From Selaginella moellendorffii (taxonomy: Eukaryota; Plantae; Lycopodiophyta), in the NCBI RefSeq assembly GCF_000143415.4, contig NW_003314263.1, forward strand, positions 932,165-996,164: 64,000 nucleotides of DNA. The letters are read 5' to 3'. The notes below the pieces were generated by a model that saw nothing but the letters and a program-made list of their open reading frames with translations, was not told the origin of the DNA and made no database searches. Positions 10,941 through 22,236 of the stretch are shown here, piece by piece. Both the position numbers and the translations under genes were made by a program. Numbering within the stretch: position 1 is the first letter of the stretch; each line of letters begins with the position of its first letter.

Positions 10941-12831
10941 CTTATTGGTAAAATGTTTTAGTGAGATTTAACAACATGAAGACAAATCACAAACAAATGG
11001 ACATATTACTTTCTCTAGGATCCATAACAGGTGCTTCAAATAATAATAGGATAAAATACTTCTAATTTGTTGTTTTCCCAGGTTGTTTTTTACTAGAGTA
11101 CAAGCTTTACTCTTTCAAGATCATGATCATCTTCTTCCTCGAAACCATTGGGAGGGATTGGTTTAAAATGCTTGCAAGAAGTTAAAAACACCAATGCAAA
11201 TCAAACACTTTCTTTCTCTGCAATGTTTTCAATCCTTTTTCCACATGATGTAATGGAGTATTTTGCCAAGCAGTAGCTAAAGCTTTATTTGCAGACGCTC
11301 CAAACTCTAACAGGGACGATCTGATAAAGGAGAAGGGAATTCTTATTGGCAAGGGAGTTAAGTGACCTATTGGTGTTCATGAGCTTAATGCAATTGCAGG
11401 ATTCAACAATAAAAGTGAGGATGCATAGTCCAATAACAAGGTGATTCACTTCAAATTTACTTTCGCAGTGGGATATATCTTTGGAGGCTAAAATGTTCAC
11501 ATTGTAGTGAAGAATCGAACTTGGGAAGAACTTCCTTGGATTAAGAAGTTTAAATATGCTTTTAGTCATAAGTTTGAACAAAGCTACAAGTTAAAGCATA
11601 TTTTATTTTATTTTATGCTATGTATATTTTGTATTCTCTTGCAGGTTTACTTTGCAGCAGATTATTTTCGTTATGAAATAACAAATGGCCATCCAGAAAA
11701 ATATGAGTTTTCGAGTATGCATCTGCTTACAAGCGCAATGCATAAGTTCAGCGTTGATTGCATTCAACCTGTTGAGCTCATAGAGCATGAGATATGTGTG
11801 GTTCTGATCCCAGATGGAAAATGGCGTGGAGATCAAATTGTTTAGGATGTAAAATCCTCAAGGTTACCATGTAAACTTCTTGAATCAGGAAATGTTGTTC
11901 CAATATGGCCAAAATCTCATGATATTCTTCAAGTGAGAGCACCAAGGACATCTCATGAAGCTTGGTATGTTTATGTTGATCAGGGTTTTGAAGTAGAGAG
12001 GAAGGCCAAGTCACCTGGCTGCAACACGTGAAAGGCTTGCCTCAGAACATTTATGCACTTACATATCAAAATCGGCAAAGACTATCTTGGTTAGAATCAT
12101 TGATGGTGAAATATAGACGTTAAAATGATTAAGAAAAACTCATTAAGTGAGATTAAACAAAAACTTGTTAAAAAAATTAAAAAAACAAGCTTAAGTAGTT
12201 TCTAAATGAGTTTAACATGTTGGTTTTTAAAAGGAGTTCTAGTGAGCGAGACATTGAGGATTTGAAAGCACAGGGAGCGGCTGAGGCTCCCAGAACTGCA
12301 AGCATATCCTGTATACGAGCAAAGCTACAAGGTTTGCTTCCTCTACAAACCTTTCATGTTCTTCACAAGGATTCACCTTGCAAGCTTTGTTCTAGGATTA
12401 TAAACGACTTGCAATCAACTGGAAACTGGAGGAGCTCGTGCTCCTTCTCAAGGAGTTGCGTGTTTCTCATACAAAGGCAAGTTTCCAAACCTTCACTCCT
12501 CGATCTAACGCATGCAAAGTGGATGAACTACTAGGAAGAACTTTGATGTGTTTGCCGGGGAGGTCGGGGAACTTGCAAAAGCTGGTCTGGCAACTCAACA
12601 CCACGCACAACCCCAAGAACAAGCTTGGGGCGTCAACTCCCAAGAAGGTGACGGGTCAATAGTGAATATTCAATAAACAATTAGATTATTCTCGGCTAGA
12701 TCGCAGTCACATCTCATCCGACGGCAGAACGCCATCCCAACCGTCGACAAATAGTCGTTATGAGAAGCTAGGGTTTCTACCCTTTTTATTTCTCATCTCA
12801 AGGAAGCTTGCGCGAGAGGAGAAGCTCTGCG

Positions 12832-13743
12832 ATGGTCCGCCAAGACGTTGAGTTTGAGGACGATGATTGTGCCGAGCTCCTCAAGATCTACACGAGGGGC
12901 CAGAGGCTGGGTTGCGGGAGCCAGGGCCAGGTTTTCGTGCTCAAGGGGGCCACGAGCTACGCCGGAAAGATGTTTCGAGCGGGGAGGGACGCCGGGAGAG
13001 AGCTCCGGCTCATGTCCAAGCTCCGCGGCTGCGCTGGAGTGGTCTCCTTGGCGGGCTTCGTGAAGGAGAGGAGCGGCGGGGCTTGCTACGGGACCATGGT
13101 GATGGAGCTGTGCGGTCCTAGCCTGTTCCATCGATTGATCAAGGGAGGGCCGCTGGGCGAGGAGGAGGCCGCCAAGACCATCCAGAGGCTGGCGGAGGCG
13201 CTCAAGGGGATACATAGCAGCGGCATCGTCCACCGGGATCTCAAGCCGGAGAACGTCTTCGTCAAGCTGGGCGCTGCTGCCGTGCACGAGGTGGTGATTG
13301 GAGACTTCGGCGTGGCCACGGACGACCCCAAGGAGATGTCGCAGTGCTGTGGAACCGGGAAGTATATGGCCCCGGAGGTGACGAGCTGCAAGGGTGACGC
13401 AAGGTCGCAGAGCTTTTACACTGCGGCCATCGACGTGTGGGCGCTGGGAGTGATCGCATATGAGCTGCTGAGAGGCTACAAGCAATCCAGGGAAATCGAG
13501 TTGTTGCGAGCCGGGGAATTCCCGGATGGTTGTCCTCTCTCAGACGAGGCGGAGGATCTCATCTGCGGGATGCTGGCTGTGGAGCCGAGCGAGAGGTTGA
13601 CGCTGGATGGTGTGCTGGAGCATCCCTGGATCGTGGAGAATTGCAGCAGTAAGACGATTCAAAAGAGGAGGCGCTGTGGAGTGAAGAGGAGTGCTCCCGG
13701 TTTTAGTAGCGACTTGGTTGTCAAGAAAGTTCGAGCAGCGTGA
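12832..13743 (+). CDS. Kinase C copy 2 (intact)
   Basis: Near-identical to 4523-5434 (about 10 substitutions by eye), with all catalytic motifs intact. Confidence 0.88.
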   Translation: MVRQDVEFEDDDCAELLKIYTRGQRLGCGSQGQVFVLKGATSYAGKMFRAGRDAGRELRLMSKLRGCAGVVSLAGFVKERSGGACYGTMVMELCGPSLFHRLIKGGPLGEEEAAKTIQRLAEALKGIHSSGIVHRDLKPENVFVKLGAAAVHEVVIGDFGVATDDPKEMSQCCGTGKYMAPEVTSCKGDARSQSFYTAAIDVWALGVIAYELLRGYKQSREIELLRAGEFPDGCPLSDEAEDLICGMLAVEPSERLTLDGVLEHPWIVENCSSKTIQKRRRCGVKRSAPGFSSDLVVKKVRAA

Positions 13744-13842
13744 GTGTGTTAAATACATGCCTCCATCAGCCAACTTGGTGAGCGCTTACTGTTAGTACAT
13801 GAAGAGATAAATGTAAACCAGGGTGTAGTTTGATCATACAGA

Positions 13843-14393
13843 TCATATTTTAAAATCAATGATATAACGTGAATTTGTGTACCACTTGGTATGGCTGTTT
13901 GCCCGCCCCATGCCCAGCTCGGAAACGCTCCTGGCTGCTCGTTGCGTGAAGCCTTGGCCACTTTGCATCTGATAGCCACCGAGTAGCGATCCCCAAGCCG
14001 GGAGAAATGGCATGGCTTGGACCACCTCGCGAGCGAGTTCCAGGTTCCCGGCCCGTCCCAGGATGTCTGTGACTGAATCGTAGTGCTCCCTCAAAGCTGT
14101 GATTCCAAAGTCGCCGCTCATGAGCACGAAGTGGTGGAGTCCCTGTTCTAGCTTTCCGCCATGGCTGGACGCAGCGAGAACACTGAAGGTTTGCTTGTCG
14201 GGAGTGAGTCCTTCGATTGCCATCTTCGCCACCAGATCGAAGCAAGAGCTTAGCTCTCCGGCCTGAGCATTCCCCGCGATCATGGTGTTGTAAGAGACGA
14301 CGTTCTTCTCGGGAAAATGCTCGAAGAACCGCGCAGCCGCTTCTAAGTTGCCGTTTCCAGTGACAGATCCGAGCAGTGAGTTCCAGGAGACAA
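13843..14393 (-). pseudogene. PPR 3' fragment copy 2
   Basis: Inverted copy of 3872-4423. Confidence 0.88.
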
Positions 14394-14527
14394 AATTAGA
14401 AACATAATTATAATTATTGATATAATATCTATTTTAATTTTTTTCTTTACATGATCTATTTAGAGAAAAAGATAAAATGTTTTGCAAAACTTTGAATGTA
14501 TACATTCACAGTCTTCACAAACATTAT

Positions 14528-15529
14528 TTACATTGTAGCTACTGATGGGGCGGCATTGTTGATTTTAACCCAAGCTGGTCTAAAATTTCCACTCACAGTT
14601 GTCATTGTCAGGAGCACTAGCCTGGCTGTGTCGTCGGCCTTCTCTTGGAAATATGGCATCTTCAAGGCATTTTGCGCCAAGATCCTCCTCGCCAGATCAA
14701 TTGCCAGCATCCTCTTGAGCAGCTCCACCGCATCGGGGTCTTTAATTCCGCTTTTCATGTCCTCGGCTTTCCACCACGCCATCTTCTCCAAGATCCTCTC
14801 GCGTGCTTGCTCGCGGCGCCTGTCTTGATAGCCCATGCCACGGCCATCAATGTCCAGCTTCTTGGCGAAATCAGCCACAAAATAGTCGAGCGAGTCCCCA
14901 TCCTCCTCGTCGGGCACGTCAAAGGGATTGCTACCCAGGAGCATCTCCGCGAATATACACCCGGCGCCCCATACGTCAATTGCAGTGCCAAAGCTGGTGG
15001 CACCCTTGAGAAGCTCCGGAGCGTTGAACGTTAAGGTCCCGACCTTGTTCGACCAGGGGCGTGTCTGCAGCCTCCTTGCGGTAGCGAAGTCTGCCAGCTT
15101 CACCACAAACTTATTCTTCTCTCAATCCCTTTTGACGAGAACGTTGCTCGTCTTGACGTCTTGGTGAACGATTCTGTGCGCGTGAATCCACACCAGGCCC
15201 TTGAGGATCTGGCGCATCACGGCCCTGATGTCGTGCTCCCCAAGCTTGCGTGACGAGATCACATCGCTCAAACTCCTGTCCATGAGCTCCATCACCATGA
15301 ACGTACCCTGGTTGTTGCAGGTCAACCCAAGGAGATTGACAACGTTGTCGTGCACTACCTCTTCCAGGATCTCCGACTCGTTGATGATGGCATCGTAAAG
15401 GTACTCGTGCTCGTACATCTTCTTCATGGCTACTTTGTCTCCAGTCTTTCGGTGGAACCCAACCCTCACCTCTCCATCCGCTCCAGCGCCTAGCAACCTT
15501 GCGCCACTCGCCCACACATAGTCTGCCAT
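14528..15529 (-). pseudogene. Kinase B copy 2 with premature stop
   Basis: GGA has become TGA at 15122-15124, splitting the ORF into 135 aa and 192 aa pieces. Many missense changes are present. Confidence 0.9.
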
Positions 15530-16083
15530 CGCTCGAAAAAATGAATGGTTAGGAAAACCTAAAGGATTTGTTTTGCAGAAAAGGCACCCAACTTCAAGAA
15601 AAAGATGGAGAAAAAGGAGTTTATTTTAATTACAAATGTAAAAAGAAAGGAAAAAAACTCTTTAAATCTTGGTCGCCTGCACTGCAGACAGCATATTCTC
15701 CTTGAGCTTCCTTGATCATGTCCAGCCCTACGTTGGGCGCGGTTGCAGAGGACCTGTCTGGGTTCGTCAAGAGAGCACCACCACTACAAACACACACAAA
15801 AGAAAAGAAAAAAGGATCAGAAAGCATAGAGAAAAAAAAACGTGCCAAGCTTTTTTGTTTACCAGAGTTCCTGGGATCTTCTACAACGTTGAGATTAATC
15901 TTGTATTTATAATTATAAACATACTTATAATTTATAAACCTTCCTAAACACTTTTTAGTATAGTTCAGTTTCTTCTACCATATTATTATTAGTCTATTTT
16001 ACTTATCTTCTTTTCGTGTTGGACACAACTCATATTTTTACTTAGTGTTTTCTTACAATATTTTGTATCTAAGATATCATATG

Positions 16084-16792
16084 TTATTGGGTATTGCGAT
16101 GTAAATATCTGAAAGCTAAAGCTTGCCGGTCAGACGCTAGCATCGATTTGACTAACTCCAGGGCGTCCTTGTCCTTGATTAAATCATCCAAAGCCCGGAG
16201 AAATTTTTTGATCGTCTCCAACACCTCTCCTTTAGCCTCTTTCTCTGGTAGCTCAGGCATTTCCAATGGCAAGAGCATCCCCACTAGCAATATCCCAGCA
16301 CTCCATATGTCCACCGTGGTTCCCACTTTCAGGGTTGTTGTTTCTGGGGGATTGTTGCAAAGCCTCCTCGCACAGCTAAAATCACCCAGCTTCACCTTGA
16401 AAACACATCCTTTGACCTTCACCAGGACGTTATCTTTTGTCATGCCCTGGTGCGCCACCCCACGTTCATGCAGCCATGCAAGCCCTAGAAGGAGCTGGCG
16501 CATTATCTCCTTGATCTTCTCTTCCCTGGTGAAAAACCTCGAACCAAGCTCAGATTCTTGCCAGCTTTCGAAAGGTCCATTTGTAGGTACTCCAACACGT
16601 TACCATTAGTATGCTCGAATACCATGTAGTAATTCCCGTCCTTGTCTAGCCCCATGTCAATCACGTCCAAAACGTTTTCGTGTTTGCAATTTACCATGAT
16701 CTCAAACTCCTTGAGGATTTGCTTGTGAACCTCCTCGCCTTTACCCATATTTTTTATCACTACTCTCTCGCCCAGATCATCGTATCCATGCG
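16084..16792 (-). pseudogene. Kinase A copy 2, 5'-truncated and frameshifted
   Basis: Frameshift near 16550 (ORF split 16503-16820 / 16084-16503). The first ~19 codons are missing. Confidence 0.9.
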
Positions 16793-17290
16793 TTTTGGAC
16801 GTTTTGGACCACACCTTCAACCATTTGAAGGAGTCTCCTTCACAACCTCTATATATCCTATTTTAGATTTGGGAACTTGGTAATCCTAAGAATGGCATTT
16901 ATATCAGCCTTTACACTTGGTCCAAGTCCTCCATATGTTCAATCTTATGACCGATACTCAAAGGTACCACCAACATAGTCCCATTTGCTTTTGTCACATT
17001 GATAATCTAACATCACTTACATCACAGTTTTGTCTTTCAAAGACTGGGTTATCCATTCATGAGTGATCAACCTAAATCCCCTCCTTAACATCCTTAGAAT
17101 GTGTATAGACATAAGGAACAACCTTCCTAATATCCCTTTTTCGGTCCCTACTGAGTTCTTTTCTATTTATGGCCATGTTTGCCAACACTGCTATTAAGTC
17201 AAGGCTTGAAAGCCTAACCACTATGTTTCATTGACCTCTGGGACTTCTTTGCCATATGACTGCATCCTTGGTCACCACACAAGTGGATTG

Positions 17291-18943
17291 TGTAAGACAC
17301 AAAATCCCTAGGCCCCAAAGTGGAGCTGGAAGGGTGCCACGTGGTAGTGGCTGAAGTGAAAGCCAAACGAGCGTAACACGTTTGGACTAAAAGCTCCGAC
17401 TTGAAAAGGTCAAGAGCGGGAGTGGGACTCCCAACGAAGTGCTCAAGGAACAAACATGAAGTGAAAGATAAGTGAGTCTCTAGAAAAGGGACACCAGAGG
17501 ACCGACACATGACACATGGAAGAATCCGAGATAGACCGAGATGGAGTTCGAAATGGACCCGAGATGGAGTCCGAAATGGACCCAAGATGGAGTCTGAGAT
17601 GGAGTCCGAGATGGACCCGAGATGGAGTCCGAGATGGACCGAGATGGAATCCGAGATAGACCCGAGATGGAGTCTGAGATGGAGTCCGAGATGGAGTCCA
17701 AGATGGACCCGAGATGGAGTCTGAGATGGACCGAGATGGAGTCCGAGATGGACCCGAGATGGAGTCCGAGGTGGACCAAGATGGAGTTCAAGATGGACCC
17801 GAGATGGAATCCGAGATGGAGTTCGAGAAGGACCCGAGATGGAGTCCGAGTTCGAGACCGAGATTGGGACCGAGACCGAGACCGAGGCCGAGGCTGAGAC
17901 CGAGCCCAAGCCCGAGTCCGAGTTTGAGTCTAAGTTCGAGTCTAAGAGGGTGAAAGCCCAAAGCATTCGTCTCCCAGACCTTGGGGGGTTTGGTGAGCTC
18001 CAAAAGTATAGTGAGGGGGAGGACTGCAGTGGAGCCAGTTTGGCCAGGAAAGGCCAATTTGGCCCAGGAAGGCTGTACCCAGTGTTGGGTGATGAGCTGC
18101 CCACTGGGAAGTCCAAGACTAGAGTGAACACAGACCGACAAGCGGGGTAGCTTGGTGAAGTGTTCAAGAGTTGGCTCTAGTTCCCCCGGGAGATTAACTG
18201 GCCGATGCTCCTAGTCCAAGTATGGGTGGCACTACCTACTTGGATACCTGGTGTGGCTCAACAGAACCTCGCTCTAAGCCCACGGCTAAAACACCCAAAG
18301 GCAGAAGGCAGGGAGAGTACCCACGAGGCTTGTGTAAGGCCACGGTGTTCCAAAATGTTGCCCCAAGGTCCCAGATTGTGAAAAGGAAGAGGAGCCATCC
18401 TATGGTGTAGAGACCAAGGATGCAGTCATGTGAGGAGGAAGTCCCAAAGGACTGTGGGACTTAGTGGTCGGGCCTGTAGGCCTTGATCCAGTGGTAGTGT
18501 TGGCAAACATGGCCATGGGCAGAAAGGGACTTGGTGGGGACCGGAAAGGGGATATTGGGGAAGGTTATTCCCCATGTCTATGAGCATCCTAAAGATGCTA
18601 AGGAGTGGATCTGGGATGATCACTCATGGACGGATGCCCCAATCTTTGAGAGATGGGACTGTGATGTAGGTGGTGTTGGACCACCAATGTGACCAAGGTG
18701 AATGGGCATGGCCTTAGCGTAACGGGCTGATATGTCAGTAGTACCTTGGGGTGTTGGTCATGGGATTGGACACGTGGAGCACTTGGACCAAGTGCAATGG
18801 TTGAGTGGCATGGATGCCATTCTTGGGGCTAGCAAGTCCCTAAGTCCAAAATAGGACCTATGGAGGTTGTGAGTGAGACTCTTCCAAGTAGTCGGAGGTG
18901 TGGTTAAGTGACTAAAGTAGAATGGAAAATTTAGTCGCTTACA
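17291..18943 (+). mobile_element. Solo LTR, 1653 bp
   Basis: Termini TGTAAG...CTTACA with a perfect 5-bp TSD GATTG (17286-17290, 18944-18948). Strand is given relative to the older host copy only. Confidence 0.9.
17527..17945. repeat. 11-12 bp minisatellite (GAGATGGAGTCC/GAGATGGACCC) and 6-bp CCGAGN units inside the LTR
   Basis: Directly visible tandem units, with a decayed reverse-complement array at ~19690-19995. Confidence 0.9.
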
Positions 18944-19056
18944 GATTGCTCTTCTTCCTTTCCACAGTTTGGGACTTTGGGACAACATTTCGAAACATCC
19001 CAACCCTACACGAGCTTCGTGGGTACTCTTCCCACCATCTACTTTTATGTGCCTTA

Positions 19057-19250
19057 TGTAAACAACCAAAGGGAATGACTTGAGAGATGATACATGGGGT
19101 TCAATTATAGAAGGAAAAGGCCCATGAACAAGAGTGCACCCCCTCTTTTAATCGGTTAAGGGTCTTGAGATATTTGGGGTTAAGTGTCCTTGGGTTTAAA
19201 TAATACTGGACTGGGTGACTTCCCGGGAAGTCCAAATTCAAGAGTTTACA
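19057..19250 (+). mobile_element. 194-bp solo LTR containing a 5S rRNA box A-box C segment (Cassandra-like TRIM LTR)
   Basis: Termini TGTAAAC...GTTTACA with TSD CCTTA/CTTTA (one mismatch). 19179-19233 (gttaagtgtccttgggtttaaataatactggactgggtgacttcccgggaagtcc) aligns without gaps to plant 5S GTTAAGCGTGCTTGGGCGAGAGTAGTACTAGGATGGGTGACCTCCTGGGAAGTCC. Confidence 0.8.
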
Positions 19251-19370
19251 CTTTATCCATGTGGTTAAAGCAAGGTTTTGATGAGCCATGCCAGTATCCA
19301 AATAGGTAGTGCCACCCACACTTGGACTAGGAATATTGACCATTTGATCTCCTGAGGGAATTAGAGTTGA

Positions 19371-19502
19371 CTTTTGAATACTTCACCAAACTACTTATTT
19401 GTTTGTCTATATTCACTCTAGCTTTGGACTTCTCAACTTTTGAACACTTCACCAAGCTATTTATTTGTCTATCCATATTCACTCTAGTTTTGGACTTCTC
19501 AA
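19371..19502. repeat. 66-bp tandem duplication within the old LTR
   Basis: cttttgaa.acttcaccaa.cta.ttatttgt..attcactctag.tttggacttctcaa occurs twice. Confidence 0.8.
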
Positions 19503-20857
19503 TGGTTATATCATCATCAACACATGGGTATAACTTTCCTAAACCACACTAGCCTTTTCTTGCCAAATTGGTTCCACTAGAATCCAACCCCCACACTCTT
19601 CTTACTATACTTTTGGAACCCCTTGAAACCCCACCCCCTAGGGTCGATCGCTTTGGGTTTTCACCTCACAGCCTGTATTAATATTCGGACTCGGACTCAA
19701 TCTTGTACTCATAGTTAGCCTCAGTCTCGATCTTTGTCTTGGTCTCAGTTTTGGTCTCCATCTCGGGTCCATCTTAGGTCCATTTTAGACTCCATCTCAG
19801 GTCCATCTCGGACTCTATCTCGAATCGATCTTAGACTCTATTTAGATCCATCTCAAACTCCATCTTAGGTCCATCTCAGACTCCATCTTGAGTCCATTTT
19901 GAGTCCATTTCGGACTCCATTTTGGGTTTATCTTGGACTCCACCTCAAACTCCACTTTGGACTCCATGTCAGATTCCACCTTAGACTTCATCTCAACACT
20001 TCTATATGTCATGTATTAATCCTTTTGTATCCCTTTTCTAAAAACTCACTTATTGTATGCTTCATGTTCGTTCCTCGAGCACTTTGTTAAGAGTTCTAAT
20101 CCTGCACTTGATTTTTCAAACTAAAACTTTTAACCCAAACATGTTATGCTTGTTTGGCTTCCACTTCAGTCAATCCCCCTAATCCCTTCTTTGAAAACCT
20201 TGATAATGCTCTAAAAGTCTATGAGCTTTATATTCCCAAACAAGCTTTCCCTAAACCCTAAAAGGATATTTTATGAGCAATGCCCCCTTGTGCATCTTAT
20301 GGATTGCATTGGCTGCTTGCCTAATCACAATAGCTGCCTTATATTCATTAAGTTTTTTTTTTATTTGAGCAACACATCCTTTAACAAACATTGACACGAC
20401 TCCTTTAAAAAATGGTAATAATCTTAATCCCTAAAAACTTCCAGAAGCTTAAATATTATAACTCATTTTTTGTTTTGCACTTTGGAGGATTATTCAATCC
20501 AAGATCTAGGTTATGCATCTTTGAAAGATGGGCCAGTGTCTCAATCTTTACCTTAGTTTCCTCTTGTAAGCCTCCATTTTGGAGTATGTCATCAATGATC
20601 AAGTCTTTAATAGGGTAATCATTTATTTGAATTCATTTGTATGCAAAAAAAATTCACTATTTGCTTTATGCTTGATCTTATACACAATAGTCTCACAACC
20701 CAACTTAAAGTCATTTATATCACTCTTCATCATTGCTACTTCACTCGTACCAACATGCCCTAGCAAAAAGATTGTGTAAAGGCAAATATATTTGGGCGTT
20801 ATTACTAAATTGCAAAATCTCATAGATTTTAAAATTACTTTATGTTTCTAGACCTTT

Positions 20858-21645
20858 TATGACGAGCAAGCTCCCAACGACGAGATCGTCCCTGTGGAGT
20901 GATCCAATCTCCTCGGCGTGGATCTTCCTCCCAGTTTCCAGGTCCCCCCCGCGGCAAAGAGCGTCGAGCTCCACCGCCAGCCTCTCATTGCCACTCTCGC
21001 CGTAGCCAAAGATTGAGAGCGTTTACGCAACAGGTCCTCGATTGCGAGGACTGAACACTGGTAACAAACGAGCTCGTGGAAGTTCCAGAGGTGATCAGAG
21101 ATGGCAGCACAAGGTTGTGGAGACGAGAGGCTACTGCATCACGCAGCTCGTCCTCCACGATCTTCACGTCCCGGCCATGAATCACAAGCCCTTTCTTAAC
21201 AACAGCATGGTCTACTTTGGGAGGATCACTGGTGTCAATGACTACAGGAAGCATGTGTCCCCTGCCATGTTATATCTTTTGCTGCTTCTATGGCAAGTGC
21301 GGGAGCTTGGACGAAGCTCGCCAAGTCTTCCACTCCATGGATCGAGGCAGCAAGGATCTGGGGACTTGGAACTCGCTGCTGGAAGCTCACAGCCACGCGG
21401 GAGACACGAGCAGCGTGTTGGATCCTGACAAGCCTCACTCTGCCGCCTATTGGCAGCGTGGTGGCGACGATCGCTGGCGTCGTCAGCATCGCTGCTCAGG
21501 AGCATGCGGGAGAAATCTTGCAGGGTGTGGCCTCCGTCCACGAGCCTGGAATTCAGCCTCGGCCACAGGAATGCTGGCGAAGTAGTGGCGCATGCCATCC
21601 AAGAACTTAAACCGGTCGCAGTGCGCTCTTCGAGCAAATGCTGCG
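20858..21645. pseudogene. Mosaic of PPR-type and unidentified gene fragments in both orientations
   Basis: Minus strand reads LETGRKIHAEEIG..VVGSLLV (~20860-20945). Plus strand reads YGKCGSLDEARQVFHSM..TWNSLL (~21290-21410) and HAGEILQG. Confidence 0.65.
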
Positions 21646-22101
21646 CTCGGTGTGGCCACAGACGACCCCAAGGAGATGTCGCAGTGCTGTGGAACCGGGA
21701 AGTATATGGCCCCGGAGGTGACGAGCTGCAAGGATGATCATGGCGACGCAAGGTTGCAGAGCTTTTACACTACATCCATGGACGTGTGGGCGCTGGGAGT
21801 GATTGCATATGAGCTGTTGAGAGGCTACAAGCAGTCCAGGGAGATAGAGTTGTTGCAAGCCAGGGAATTCCCGGATGGTTGTCCTCTCTCAGACGAGGCG
21901 GAGGATCTCATCTGCGGGATGCTGGCTGTGGAGCCGAGCGAGAGGTTGACGCTGGATGGTGTGCTGGAGCATCCCTGGATCGTTGAGAATTGCAGCAGTA
22001 AGATGAAGAAGACGATTCAAAAGAGGAGGTGCTGTGGAGTGAAGAGCAGTGCTCCCGGTTTTAGTAGCGACTTGGTTGTCAAGAAAGTTCGAGCAGCGTG
22101 A
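21646..22101 (+). pseudogene. Kinase C copy 3, C-terminal half only
   Basis: GVATDDPKEM..VVKKVRAA matches kinase C, but everything upstream of the DFG glycine is replaced. Confidence 0.88.
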
Positions 22102-22236
22102 GTGTGTTAAATCCATGCCTCCATCAGTCAACTTAGTGAGCGCCTACTGTTAGTACATGAAGAGATAAATGTAAACCAGGGTGTAGTTTGATCATACAAA
22201 TCATATTTTAAAAACAATGATATAACGTGAATTTGT

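Larger units (their letters stand above)
9000..12030 (+). mobile_element. Decayed CACTA/En-Spm-type transposase gene
   Basis: FANGDPQNLALMLCADGFQ (~9830-9890) resembles the Transposase_21 motif F..DPRN.RL.L..DGF. GPRGKSAL..DSVFDAMH (~10430-10515) resembles the DxMH motif. Many stops are present, plus an N gap. Confidence 0.6.
11633..16792 (-). repeat. Right arm of ~5.1 kb inverted duplication
   Basis: Reverse complement of 1491-6601. Confidence 0.95.
16805..20172 (-). mobile_element. Older truncated LTR, split by two nested insertions
   Basis: Segments 16805-17290, 18949-19056 and 19251-20172 join into a contiguous diverged reverse complement of the 17291-18943 LTR. Confidence 0.85.

Noticed and set aside
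17527-17945. Repeat array as a possible CRISPR
   Set aside because: Contiguous 11-12 bp units with no unique spacers, in a eukaryotic LTR.
17214-18167. 317-aa ORF and other repetitive ORFs (MESEM.., HLGL..)
   Set aside because: They are translations of the stop-poor LTR minisatellite.
19179-19233. Functional 5S rRNA gene
   Set aside because: Only a diverged internal 55 nt is present, without the 5' and 3' ends, inside an LTR-like element.
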